A stretch of 64,000 nt of DNA from NCBI GenBank assembly GCA_046563655.1, contig CM102283.1, forward strand, positions 1,178,001-1,242,000. The letters are read 5' to 3'. A program made the position numbers and the translations under genes. The stretch comes from Yuukianura sp. NJ FZ-2021. Lineage: Eukaryota. Positions 1 through 13,132 of this stretch are shown in pieces (the first letter of the stretch is position 1; the number at the start of each line of letters is the position of its first letter). Below the pieces are notes generated by a model that saw only the letters and a list, made by a program, of their open reading frames with translations, did not search any database and was not told where the DNA came from.

Positions 1-12
1 TTGAAGTTAAAA

Positions 13-1816
13 ATGGAAGTCATTTTAATTTTTCTTGTTCTGCTTATCATGATTTTCGGGGTGTACTTTTTTTCCAACCAAGAAAAGCTTAAAAATTATC
101 CACCAAGTAAATGAATCACACAAATCTCTAATTCCAAAACATAAAATATTAAAAAGTTGTTATTTTTTTAGACATTTTTTTTTCAAAATAGGTCCAAAAT
201 GGAGACAGCCTGTTCTCGGCCATATCTTGCAAATCCGACCGAGTCTCCATAAGAAACTTCTGTACTGGAAAGAGTCCATGGGTCCAATCGTATCACTTCA
301 ACTTGGTTCGTTTCCAGCAGTTGCCATTAGTGATCCAGAATTAATCAAAGAAGCCATGGCGGACCCAAGATTTTCTGGGAGGCCTGATATACCTTTGCTC
401 ATGGCCAGAAGTGGTGGAACACGTCGTGGTAAAGCAATCTAACCTAACTAAACGTAATTTCAAGATGAACTTAACATTTTTTTGAATTTGAACATCAGGA
501 GTTATATTTTCGCATGGTGCTGAGTGGGTCGAACTACGCCGGTTCGTCATGCGCCACCTCAGAAACTTTGGATTTGGAAAAAAGTCAATGGAGTCAATTA
601 TTCTAAATGAGGCAGGAATTTTGATTGGTCGACTGAGAGCGACTGCACAAACTCCGATAATCTTCAAATCTTATGCCAGCGTTGCAGTGATCAACTCAAT
701 CTGGTCTATTGTTGCCTCGGTTAGATTTGAACATGATGACCCGAAGACGACACTAATGCTCAAATCCGTCGAAACGTAAGTTACACTTTGCATTCCTGTT
801 CTAAAAGCAAGCTAAAAGTTAAAAACCTTAGAAAGTTTTAATTGGACAGACACATTATTTTTATAGGACGTTTCAACACAAAAGCTTGATTCGCTTATTT
901 GTACCTTGGGTGCCCAAATATTTTTCTAAACTATCCGGTTTTCATAAGTTCGTGACGAATGTCGCTAAGCAGTACGAGTTAATTCAGAGTTTCGTAGATG
1001 CGCATGTGCCAACTCTTCAGCCAGGCCAACCACGTGACCTAATAGATGCTTTCTTAGAACAAAATCAAAATTGTACCAATCCTGAATCAGCATTTTATGG
1101 ATCCTTAGGAAGTAAGCGGCAATTTAAACTTTAAGTCTTAAGGTCAAATTAACTTAAAGTAACAACCTAAACTAACTTTTTCAGAAAAAGTAATGCTGGC
1201 AGTGTTTCGAGATTTGTTCACTGCTGGAACTGACACAACGAGCACCGCCTTGGCATTTTGTTTCATGTACTTGTCAGCATTTCCAGAAGTGCAAGAAAAA
1301 ATGTTTTTAGAAATTGACAAGGTCGTCGGGAGGTCACGCCTGCCTTCACTCAATGACAGAGGTCAAATGCTGTACACTGAAGCAGTGATGTTAGAGACAT
1401 TTCGACTTTCTTCCTTTGTTCCCCTTGGGGTACTTCATAGTACTTTGGCTGATGCTGAGCTTGGTGGTTACAGCATACCCAAGGACACAATGGTCATTAC
1501 TAACCTATTCGGGTGTCACTACGATGAAAAGTACTGGGGAGATCCAGAAAAATTTCGTCCAGAAAGATTCTTGTCAGAAGATGGACAGAAAATTGTCAAG
1601 CACGACGCCATGCTCATTTTTTCAACAGGAAAAAGAGTTTGTCTTGGTGAGACCATGGCCCGAGCAGAATTTTTTCTTTTCTCTACATCAATTTTACAGC
1701 AATTCAAGTTGACCTTTGACCCTGCAGCGAAACCGGCAACTCTTGAACCACAATTGGGAGTCATCTCGTCTACAGCTCCGCATAAACTTATTTTTACAGA
1801 AAGAAAAAAAAGTTGA
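13..1816 (+). CDS. Cytochrome P450, CYP2 clan; 5 exons (approx. 13-106, 192-428, 499-775, 867-1111, 1185-1816)
   Basis: Hydrophobic N-anchor plus PPSP hinge, I-helix AGTDTT, ETFR (ExxR), PERF and heme motif FSTGKRVCLG. The GT-AG introns join in frame. Confidence 0.93.
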
Positions 1817-2358
1817 ATTCACACGTTTTACGTTAACATAACAAACATAAACTAACCTTAGTAAATATGTGATCTGAAAACGTATAATAAAATTCTAACA
1901 ATAATCTAATGTCATCGTTGGAATCGCATCAAAAGTCAATAGATATAAAATTCTTCTCTCGAAAATAATTTCCTCAACAATTCCGGTTTTTATGAAGTTA
2001 ATCTCAATTCTAAACATAACCACGTACGACCAAACGAGAACTAAATTTTGAATAAGCTATTGTTCAGGAAAAACATCCAAATTAAAAATGTACTAAAAAC
2101 TAGAGGACGTATAGTTAGGAATAATTTTTCACACCTTTAAATAGAATTTGGTCGAAGTAAAAGAAAAATTATTAGAAAGAAATGGGAACTTTTTTCAGTT
2201 TTTATGTTCTGCTGGCTTACTATTATTTTTTGACTCCAAAACGGAAGCTTCCACCATGTAAAAACAATCATAACATACACTTTTTTATTAAGTTTTTGAA
2301 AATTGTTTCAAACTGTAGAATCACTTTGTGTTTGTAAACAGGTCCAACATGGCGACTA

Positions 2359-2616
2359 CCAGCCCCCTGCAAATGGCGCCCATAGCAACCAACGCAATTT
2401 TTGTTTGTGACGTCACCAGCTGAAAAAATACCGTAATCGTGAAAATGGAACCTGCTGGCATCTATGTAAACAAAATGTGTCATACGGGTTTCTCTAGGAC
2501 ACCATCAATAATGAGCAGAATTCCGGTATTTTTCAGCGAGTGACGTAATTTTTTTTTGACATGGCAACCAAACAAAGTTCCCATTCGCACTTCCTAGTAG
2601 TATTCTATTTACCTTG
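2359..2616 (-). mobile_element. 258-bp non-autonomous DNA element (hAT-like), inserted in P450 exon 2
   Basis: Flanked by ggcgacta/ggcaacta (8-bp TSD, 1 mismatch). A reverse-complement copy of the same length lies at 38253-38510. Internal inverted repeat acgtcac..gctgaaaaataccg. Confidence 0.85.
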
Positions 2617-3530
2617 GGCAACTACCAATTTTCGGTCACACGTTCCACGTCGGACCGTCATTGCACAAAAAACTGCTGGTTTGGAAGAAAACTGTTGGTC
2701 CAATTTTGTCACTCCAATTGGGTTCATTCCCAACAGTGGCCATCAGTGATCCAGGATTAATTAAGGAAGCGATGGCCGATCGTAGATTCGCTGGAAGGCC
2801 AGATTTGCCGTTTTTCAAAGTCCGAAGTGGAGGAACGCGTCATGGTAAGCCTAACTTTTCAAAATTTCAAATTCAATATTATTCAAATTCGATATTATTC
2901 AAAATTTTGTAGGAATTTTGTTTTCGGATGGCCCGGAGTGGGTTGAAGTACGGCGGTTTGTTTTGTACCATCTCCGAGACTTTGGATTTGGAAAGAAATC
3001 TATGGAGTCCATTATGCTCGAGGAGGCAGAAGCGCTGACTGGACGACTCAAAGAAGCAGCGCAGACGCGAATTCCAATCGTCTTCAAAAAATATGTTAGC
3101 ATTGCAGTACTCAACTCTATTTGGGCTATAGTTGCTTCTGCTCGATATGAACACGACGATCCTAGGTTGATTCTCAGCCTTAAAACTTTAGAAAAGTAAA
3201 TATCTTTTTCACAATTTTGGAATTCTTAAAAAGCGCCAGTTGTTTTAATTTGTTTTTCAACTGCAGAACACTAAACCAAAATCAATCATCTTTCTACTTT
3301 TTTGTACCTTGGATTGCCAACTGGTTTCCACGCATTTCTGGGTTCACTGGATTCTTGAGAGACATGCACAATCAAAATAATCTGATCAAAACACTGCTAA
3401 CTGAACATGCTAAAACGCTCGTGCCAGGTCAACCACGTGACCTCATGGACATATTTTTAGAAGAACGTCAGAAGTGTATCAATTCCAACTCTCCATTCTA
3501 TGGAAAAGTTGGAGGTAAGCCAGTGTGTTT

Positions 3531-3938
3531 CTACTATACCTACCCCGAAAAAAACAGTGGAGTTTTTCTACTGAGCGATTAGTGAAAAAAACACGAACGT
3601 TTTTGCAAAATCTCGCGTATCCCAAACTACATTCGAGATTTTTGAACAACATAATTACCAAAGTTAAAATGTTTCAAATCAAATTAATTTGAGAAGTCAC
3701 ATTTTAAAAAGCTGGAAAGTTAATTATGAACGTTTTCTGTTTTTTTAAATTCATCTTTAAATTAATTTTCAATATTTTTAACTTTCTTAGTTAATTACCT
3801 TCATTTATTGCTCAAAGAAGTGCGAATTGCGTAAGGGTGATGTGAACGTTGAATTTTGCAAAAACGTACCTTTTTTCGCTGATCGCTCAGTCGAAAAACT
3901 CCACTGTTTTCTTCGGTTTAGGGTGCAAGGAATAGTAG
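3531..3938. mobile_element. MITE-like element with ~80-bp imperfect TIRs in a P450 intron
   Basis: aaaacagtggagtttttctactgagcgat...tttttgcaaaat (3551-3611) is mirrored at 3853-3910. Confidence 0.7.
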
Positions 3939-5036
3939 GAGAAAAAAGTTTTTAAATTCGTAATGTTTTTTGAAAATTTTGTGACTCTCTTTAGAACAAG
4001 TGACGCTAACAGTGCTACGAGACCTGTTTATTGCAGGATCAGAGACGATAAGCACTGTGTTGTCATTTCTGTTCATGTTTTTAGCTGAATTTCCTCAAGT
4101 TCAGAACAAAATGATTGCAGAAATTGACAAGGTCATTGGAAGGTCGCGCCTTCCTTGTATCGAAGACAAGTCAAATGCCGTACACAGAAGCAGTAACACT
4201 TGAAGTCCTCAGACTCTCTTCAGTGTTACCAATTTCACTGTTTCGTAGTACCCACGCTGATTCTGAACTGGGTGGTTTCGTTATTCCAAAAAAACACTAT
4301 GGTCATTACTAACTTGTACAGTTGTCACTACGACATACAGTACTGGGGAGATCCAGAAAATTTCAGACCAGAAAGATTTAGATGCGAAGATGGACAGAAA
4401 ATTGTGAAACACGATGCCATGTTGGCTTTTTCAACTGGCAGAAGAGTTTGTCCAGGAGAGAATTTAGCAAGAACTCAATTGTTCTTGTTTAGCACCTCCA
4501 TTCTGCAGCAGTTCTACGTGACCTTTGACCCTGCAGCTAAACCGCCAACTCTCGAACCTCAACCGGGTATAGTCATGTCCACAGCACCTCATCAGCTAGT
4601 TTTTACAGAGAGAGAAAACTAACTTTTAAGTAATACTGGATTGATTTCTTAACTTGTTTTGAGAGCAGTATCGTGTTTAGAAATTTTCCATTTTCTAAAA
4701 ATTTCATTACAAGCTATTTAAAAAAAATAATCAACCATCACCGTAACAATTTCATCAAAATTGGACAAACCTCTTTCCTACGAAGACCTGTTGAATTTCA
4801 TTTTACGGCTTCATTTTTAGATAACGAAAAGCACAAATTTATTAGATTTTTGGAGTGTTAAACGTTGGGAGGCGAGAGGCGACGCTAATAAAGTGCAGCA
4901 AGACTTAGAGAATTCTGTGAAGTTGCTGAATTTGTGCAGCTGATCAGCAATTTCTTCGAAAGTTATTAAAATTTAAAAACAAAAGAAGATTATTTACAAG
5001 TTTGTCAAAATTTTGAAGAAAAAAAAACGTTTTTTT

Positions 5037-7017
5037 TTAAATTGAAGTCGGTGTGACGCGTTTTGGTTTCCCAGCGGGTGCCATGTAGTTGAACATCGCC
5101 GGAGAGAATTTGTGGGCAAATAGGACATTCAGTTGCTGGAAATCAAAAAGAAATGCCAAAGTTTAAAATGATTCAAAAACAGTTTCAAAATCTGGACTTT
5201 TTTGTAACTTTATAAAATTACATGTCTAATAGCCAGTCCGAGTAGCACAGCCTTCCCATTGGGGTGAATTGAGACATTTTCTAGGCCTAATATGAAGTCT
5301 GACGTAGAATCGTGGTGACTTAATTGACGATTTGATTTTGGCGGGATGATGATTTCGCCTAGAATTTGACCGTCGGATGCCACAATTTCGAGACCGTAGT
5401 TCCCATGCGCATGAGTCCAAGCAGTTTTAACGTCCCCATCACCATCGACGTACTGAATCACGTATCTCACGTGATACCGCGAGCAGCGTGGTCGAGCGCG
5501 CCAACTACAAACTTTTAAAATTTGAAATTTTTGAAATTCACGAAAAAAAATTGTGTTGTCGTACCCTGAAAATACACACGGTTTGTATGCGCATTCTTGA
5601 ACAGTGATAAACCCAACTTCTGTTTTCTTCACCAAAACTCTGATTCCCTGCAAAAAAAAAAATTATAAATAACAACAACGGTCAATGGTCACAATGTCAA
5701 AGGTCACGTGAGGTCAAAGGTCATGTGACTGCAATAGTCATTGAATCTTACGTCCGACTCATGACGTCGTGGACAACAGGAGAAGAAGTCTTCGTCTCCC
5801 CTGGAAAACAACATCATTTTCCAAAAAGAAAACGGTTACACGCCATTACTGCGAATGAATTACTGCAAAACGAATTACTTCGAAAGTGGAATTACTTCGA
5901 AATAGAAAGGCAACTTACTTCGGAAAGTAGTTTTTAACAAAAAATAACCTTAGTGGTCTCGAATTTAATCGAAATGATATTTAGCCTAACTAAAGCCTAA
6001 CTTTGGGATTCCTGACATAACTAACGTAATTTGAATTTAAAAAAACTTTTCGAAATTATTTACCTTTGCCAGTAATTATCGACTTTCGAAGTAATTCGTT
6101 TCGCAGTAATTCATTCGCAGTAATGGCGCGCTCTCAAAGAAAACCAGTGTTCTCAAAAATGTTAATTCTCAAATTTTTTTGATTTCCTTCCGTAAATTTT
6201 TAAATTTTGGAAATGTAATTTTAAAATACCAAGTGGGAACAGGTTGTTGAAAAGTGACGACGACTTCACCATCGGGACCGACCATTCTGAATTCAATGAA
6301 CTCGTCCTCATCTTCTTTTGAACTTCCTGCTTAACAAATTATGTTTTTCAAAATACTTGCTCAACAATTCAAAAAATGTAAATTTTTGTTAAATTACTCA
6401 ACGGTTGACTATAGTAAAAATCCTTTTCCCATGTTTTGTAAAAAGATCATATGACTTGTACACTGAAGGTCCAAATGAAGATGGATTCCGCTCAATTTGA
6501 AACAGAAATTTCTTTGGTTCTACTAAAGACTCCAGTCCTTCTGGAATCAGCATTCCATGGGATTCTAAAAAACAAGTTCAAAAAACGTGGAAATTTTGAT
6601 TTTCACTCAGTTGAAGAGGAAAAAAAGTTCGAAAAAAGTGGGAAATTTTGGTTTTCAAAGTTGAAGAGGCTTACCTTGGGTTGATGCTTCAGCGTCAGTT
6701 TTCGGTGGTTGTTGAGTATCGACAGTGATGGGGTCAGACTTAGGCAGTTCTCCCTTCTGATTGGCTTGTTGCGCAGCCTTGAGTGTTGCAGCTAGTTTTG
6801 GCTCAACAGTTAATTTCCCTTGGCTTTTCAAATTTGCTGCAACTATTCTTAATTTTGCATCTTCCGGTTTGATACTGATTTTTGTAGACTTCCGCTCGGG
6901 TTTAGGCTCGGGTCGAGGAAGAACTTTGTTAGGGTCATAGATGTCATAAACTGACTTCACACGCATCTTTTCTTCAGACTTGCGCTGCTTCTCTTCAGGC
7001 ATACGTACGCCAGACAT
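5037..7017 (-). CDS. Divergent phospholipid scramblase-like protein (multi-exon)
   Basis: Spliced exons give a Pro/Lys-rich N-terminus, then IPEGLESL (cf. scramblase PPGLEYL) and C-terminal KAVLLG (cf. KAVMLGA). The last exon ends TPTSI* at 5037. Family assignment rests on two short motifs. Confidence 0.45.
5834..6135. mobile_element. Mutator-like MITE in an intron
   Basis: ~55-bp TIR cgccattactgcgaatgaattactgc..., G...C termini, and a perfect 9-bp TSD aaagaaaac (5825-5833 and 6136-6144). Confidence 0.8.
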
Positions 7018-8125
7018 CAGAATACTCGTGACTTTTGACCTTCAAGTGACCTTTGTGACCGGTATCCTTAGAACGTTTGACCTTGCAACCTTGAGCTTCG
7101 AACTTGTGACCCTGACTTTACGAATTTGTGTTGTGACCACGAGTTTCAAAATTTGCGACTTTTAACTTTCAGAATTACAAAAATTCGATTCCGACTTTCA
7201 AAATACTGGCTTTTCTCGGCTGGCTTTTCTCAGTTTCTGATTTTCAATTGTTTGAGTTTTTGATTTTCAAGTTCTCCCGACTCCCAAATTTTTAAATCTT
7301 GTCAAACAGCTCAATTTTTGTTCGTTTCTAAAGCAACCAAAAAAGAACCTTGCTTAAGAAGGAATCACACATGGCAACGGTGGGTCTCGTTTCGGCTCAA
7401 ATTAATTAACTTTAGGGCCTTATAAGTATTCACAGGAATAACGCAGAAATGTGTACGAGGACTCTAAAAATTCGATATTATCAGTAGAATAAGGTATATT
7501 TCTCAGAATTTGCCTTTTTGTTGTGGAATGAGGTTAAAAATTGCATACAACGTTCATTTTTTTCTAAGCCTGTTATGATACAAAACTTCGGGAATTTGGT
7601 AAATATAACTTATGTGCCATGGTCTTTCGGATTTTTAGACACATTAAACGCATTTTTAGGTCTTATAATAAAAAAGTTATAAGACAAAACAGATGTAATT
7701 CTGACATAATTCAACAATTTGCAAATATCGGCACTGAATTCAACCGTCTCCATGGGCACAAAGTTGTTGTTGAACCCATGGTTGTTTGAATTACTATCCT
7801 ACGAAAAACTTTGGTTTGTCAACCATTGGAAACAGTGCCGACTTTTGCAAGTTTGAGCAGTGATTTTGCTTTGTTACTAACGGCAATAGCTGACACCAAA
7901 TCGTAAACAAACGCTGCCTCTTACCCGTCCTTAACGATTTTCAGACAACTTAGGGCAATAGAAGTTGGCCAGTTCGCTATAGACATTAATTGGTATAATT
8001 TTTCTCATATTCAATTTTTGTTCTGGTAGTTCCTATACTTATATTATAAAAAGACTAAACTAAACTTTAGTATTTCGTTAAGGAAAAGAAGTATAAACAT
8101 TTTTTTTGAGCTGTCATTTTAGTTA

Positions 8126-9763
8126 TTAGTAGAACCAAAAGGAAATAGAGAAGGAAGGAGTAAGACTTTTGACAAAGTGCCACCATTTAGGTGGAATGTA
8201 AAGCATTGACCCTGGACTTAGAACGACATCGGCGTAAGTAGCGCTTGACAGCAACGGAAAGTGAGTAAGGGCTGAAGGGTCTTCCATGTCTACTTGACTC
8301 GTGTTGAACAGCAAAGAATCGTTTTCATGTGGATTCAAGCGCTGGGATTCCGATGGCGGAAACAGACGAACAATTTTTGAGCCAAAGACTTGAGCCAAGA
8401 GATTGTGTTTTGGATCGTAATGGGTGGGGGTGACAGTGAAAGCTGGACCAAACCATGCATTGATCTCTACGTCTTCACTCTCTCCAAGAGAACAGTATTC
8501 TGGAACTCGAATGTCACGTTTCAGTTCAGGAATCTAAACAAAATTAAGTTGGCTTTAACTTATAGTCACTGAAAAGTGTACTAAAAATTGCAATACGATT
8601 GAAATTAGATAAGTGGACTTCATGCTGATTGCCCAGCTAAGCTACCTGATCAAAAAGCATGTGCTGAGCCATGTAGCCAATCGGAACAGAGTTGCTCGAG
8701 TCTTGCATGAACTTTTCAACAAATTCTCCAATCGTCATCAACTTTTGTGTCCAGTCTTCAGCAGTGTACTTCGAACCAATTTCGACTGGCACTGTCCTGG
8801 CTCCGTAATTCTAAAACAAAGAGCATATTTTGTTCGTGATCATAAATATTCAAGATGACTAAGAACTATAAACTTGTACCTCGTAAATATATTTAGGGCT
8901 CCAAAGATTCAGAGCAGGCCAATGCTCGAGAGCATGCGCTATGACAAGCGGCAGCTGAGGCTGAAAGTGTTGCTGATAAAAACATTCCAATGAAGGCTTG
9001 CTTATTCGCGGTACTTCCAGTTGCTTGCCGGGTAGAAAAATAAGGTTAACTTGGTTCGATAAAGAGGAAATTGAGCAGTCTTCGTCAGTCGTATCTAGTA
9101 AGGCCTTATGTTGCGTTTTCATTTTCTGAATCTGAAGTTCACTGGCGATGGCAGCTAGGATCTTTCCCACTGTAGGATCTCCCATTAGTAAGCCCGTGTC
9201 ACACCATTTGATGAGAGTTTGGCACTCAGCACTTCTTTGTTTTGAGAATATGATTATCTGCAAACATTGGAAACGATAAAGTTAGAACCAACGATTTCAA
9301 AAATTGAAACAAAATGTGTGGAGTTACTTTGACGAGCATAATCATGGCGTAAAATGTTCTCCAGTGGCACGGTACATCTTTCCAGTGTTTGGTATTAAGT
9401 TGCTCCCAAACATAGTCTTCTAGCATGTCAACAACAATGTCGTCATCGTCTCCTACGCCACAGTTTTTGACAAGACTGCCTCCACTGACATAGAATCCCT
9501 CATCGCCGGCTGTCGAAGAAGTCTGCGGGACTAAATTTGCTTTGAGGATGTCGTCGATGGCTGTTAGAAATCCAATAGGAACTCCAATTTCATTGTAGAC
9601 TGCACCAGTCATAGCCAGCAACTCATCACCTAAACAAATTTGAACTGTGTAAAACAAAAGACAAAACGGGTGCCTTCTCTTTCAAAAGGATCAAAACAGT
9701 GATTTTATTACGCGTCTTACCACTGGGAATCAAGTGCTTGATTAGATCAAAATAGTTTGACAT
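8126..9763 (-). CDS. KDM8: JmjC protein JMJD5/KDM8
   Basis: WEQLNTKHWKDV, RTVPVEIGSKY, NAWFGP..T.TPTHYDPKHNLLAQVFG and MLYIPPKWWHFVKSLTPSFSISFWF. The ATG is inferred at 9763. Confidence 0.92.
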
Positions 9764-10343
9764 TCTGCAACATCACGATAGACGGGTTTCAAGGAAAAAC
9801 GAAATGGAAAACAAAATTACGAAATAATAACAGCAGAGGCCGTAAGAATTTATGCATATGAAACCAAATGTAATCAGAACTCAAAAATTAAAAAACAAAA
9901 CGGTCGGTCAGACAAAAAGCTACTCACATAGTCTTCTCCACCAAAAATATATTCAGATCGTATATGGACACGTGGGGCCGTCTCAACATTGATAACATTG
10001 TCCACCGTCAACTAATTAAACATTATTAACCTCAATTTTAATTTGCTAATTTATAATTCAGTAACATGCAACTGTGATATTTTCTTTTTGTAACAAAACA
10101 ATGTTATTATAACATAAGTATGTGCTAAAGTGGTGTGTTTGTGTACGTTAAGTTTTTGGCGGGAGAAAGAAACAGCTGTTTTGAGTGGGAACTCAATTTA
10201 AATTTTCGATTTTTGAACAAAATTCTCTTTGTCTCTCTCTCAGTCACTTGTTCTTCTTATTCTGTTTTACTTACGATCATCAATTTGCAATAGCAAATTA
10301 ATTTTTTGTTGATCGTAAATAGCAGTGCTCAAAATACTTCAGA

Positions 10344-12226
10344 ATGAACCGTGGACCTTCTTCATCAAAGGGAAATCCTAGCCGTTCTTCTATAGCCGAA
10401 ATTAACAGAAGAAGATCATTTGGAGAGAATAACATTAATGCTGGAAGACTACGTGAATTTCCATGGATTTCAATCGACAAGTTCTATGGAGAGCATCTAC
10501 AAGCAACGATTTTCATTTTATCACATTGCCATACAGGTAACATCATCACATTCATTTTGTTTGGAATTCTACAATTTGTACGCTTGTAGTTTAAAATTTT
10601 GATTGTTCATGTCATTGTTGTTTATAGATCACATGGTGGGTCTGGATGAAGAAGAATTTTGGAATAAGTTAAACGAACCTGGAGTTCACTTGTACCTGCA
10701 CAGAATTACACCGGTGTTATTACCACTGTTCCAAGGCTATTTGCATGGAGAAGAGGGAATCCGGATGCTCCTGGAGAAGGGGAAAATCATTCCGCTGGAT
10801 ATCAACAGACCAGTTGATATTCGTGAACCGACAACAGGAACTGTAGTAAAAATGACTCTTTTGTCAGCGGGCCATTGTCCAGGATCAGTCATGTACGAAC
10901 GAGTGGTGACGTTTTCTCTTATACCCTTAATGGCAGTCTCATTTTTTTCAAATTACTGATTTGTGATTTAGGTTTCAATTCGAGTTTGACCAGCAATGCA
11001 TTTTGCACACTGGAGACTGTCGGGTCACTGTTAAGGACCTGAAGGCAATGGATTCTCTTCACTTCATTAATCGCTCAACGAATGGAACCGTCCAAAAAAC
11101 ACTTAAGCCCATAAGTCACCTGTATATTGACACAACCTTTTGCTCATCGCGTTCGCAACACGTAAGTTGCCCACCATCAGTGTGTTCAGTGTCGTTTCGA
11201 ATCTGAATGGAGGGTGTATTTTAATGGTTTTGAAGTCAGACGTGGAGACGTTGTTTTTAGTTTCCAGGAAGAGTAGATGCTGTGGAACGACTAATAGAAA
11301 TGGTGGAAACTTGGTTGAACCAGTCACGTAATAATCATGTCAACTTAATATTTGCAGGTGAGATAATTTTCTTGTCAATTTCATTACTTGAACTATAAAA
11401 ATAGTTATTTGATGTGATGTGAAAAAGAAAATTGTGTTTTACAGCTCGGTTTGCCCACGAGTTTGTTTTGCACGAATGCTACAAAAAGTTTGGAATCCAA
11501 TACCACGTGAATCCGCAACGATACGAAGCTTATCGACGCATTCCGGACTTATCCTTGGCAGTTACGCTTAATCCGAATTCAAGGTTCCATTTGTGTGAGA
11601 GGGAGTCGGTTAGTGCGACAGTTTTAGTTTCTGGATCAGTCGGTTATTAAGATTTTGTAGTATTTTCTTTTCTACTTCCTTAGCCATGTTTAGTCAATCT
11701 GATGAATGGCAGACCTCGCGGGAAGATTCTTCGAATCAAACTTTCGTCGTTGTGGTACATGAAGAATAGGAACGGACTCGGACCTTCTTGTGCTATAAAG
11801 CAGAACGAAGAAAAGAACGTGATCACCATTTGCTATGCAATGCATTCTTCACTGGACGAAATCAGTGCTATGATCGATTATCTGAAACCCAAAGTCGTTA
11901 CGCCGTTGGTTCTTCCTAAAGGAATGTCACGGAAGGAGGTATAAAATCAGGAAGTCAAATTAATTTCTTTCCCGGAATTAATTGACATTTTTATTTATAA
12001 TTTTATTTAGTTAAAATCGGAGTTACGGCGGAATGCCTGGGGAAATTATGTCTACGAGGACTACGAGAAAGGAATCGACAGCGAAACGATTTTGACGGTT
12101 AAGCGGCCAGTGGCAGTGACCAAACCAATGCCGGAGGATCAATTGCCGCCATCTTGTGAACCAGAACGAAAACGGACTAAACGACAGCTTCGCTGGACTC
12201 CTTCACCTTCTCCTCCACCTTCGTAA
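10344..12226 (+). CDS. DCLRE1C: Artemis / DNA cross-link repair 1C (MBL/beta-CASP nuclease)
   Basis: GRLREFPWISIDKF, SHCHT-DHMVGL, AGHCPGSVM, LHTGDCR, HLYIDTTFC and CYAMHSS. The last exon is 12011-12226. Confidence 0.88.
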
Positions 12227-13132
12227 CCTTACTATAACCAAAGTCATGAAGATCAATTATTTCCGGTTAGAATATACTTGATTACTGATTATTTTCCGTT
12301 TTCTAGTTTCATCTTAATATGAGCATTTGCTTGTACTTTGAAACAAGGAAAAGTTTTTTGTTTTGTTTTTTAGCTTTTAGGTAACAACCGTATGTACTGC
12401 CACTGGTTAGTGAACTAATTTACCAGTAAATCATGCTGGTGTAACCTAACAGTGTTTTATAAGCTGGGGTGTAGTAATTTATTTGAAGTTTAGTGCAGTT
12501 TTTTTATTTTGCTTTTGCATCTTGATTTCTTTGAAATATTGCTGGTGTGTAACTTTTTTTTTGTCAAGGTTTTGCTTACGAAAGTTTTAGTTTTTAGCAG
12601 TTTGATGGACGCTTCGGTTTCATGCAAACTTTGGATGGAACTGTAACGAAGATGACCAACGACTATTAGATTGCGTAATGCAGGAGAAGATGTTATATGA
12701 ATCAAGATAACACACAACTTAAGATTGGTCATTTTAATCTGCATGGCTTGTAGTTTCTTATTCAGCGTGGACTGTGGAGAAATTGTGGTCGTAAACGCAT
12801 TTTTAGCTCACCGTTTTCTGATATTTTTCCCAAAGAAACTTGAAATTTTTAGTCTTTTTTAACCTTTGGTCGGTTAACTCTAAAATTTTTGTTGAAATAG
12901 AGTTGATGGACTGACTGGACTGTTCATTCTTTCACCGCGTCTCATCATATCAACATCCAAGATTGGAAAAATTACACAAGGTTAACTAACCAACAGGTAA
13001 GGCTCTTCCTAATGGATTTTTATTAAAGTTGATTTATTTTGCTAAATTCATAATGTTTAGAAGTAGAATATGTGGGTTTTGTGCAAATATACAACAGCTC
13101 TTTTTTTATTGTTTGCAGAGTTGTGATCCATC

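Larger units (their letters stand above)
2182..4622 (+). pseudogene. Paralogous CYP2-clan P450, probably a pseudogene
   Basis: Same exon layout as the upstream P450, with AGSET, EVLR and FSTGRRVCPG. Exon 2 is interrupted by a 258-bp insertion plus 8-bp TSD. Frameshifts occur near 4170 (gac aag t caa atg) and 4290 (extra A in an A-run). Confidence 0.85.
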
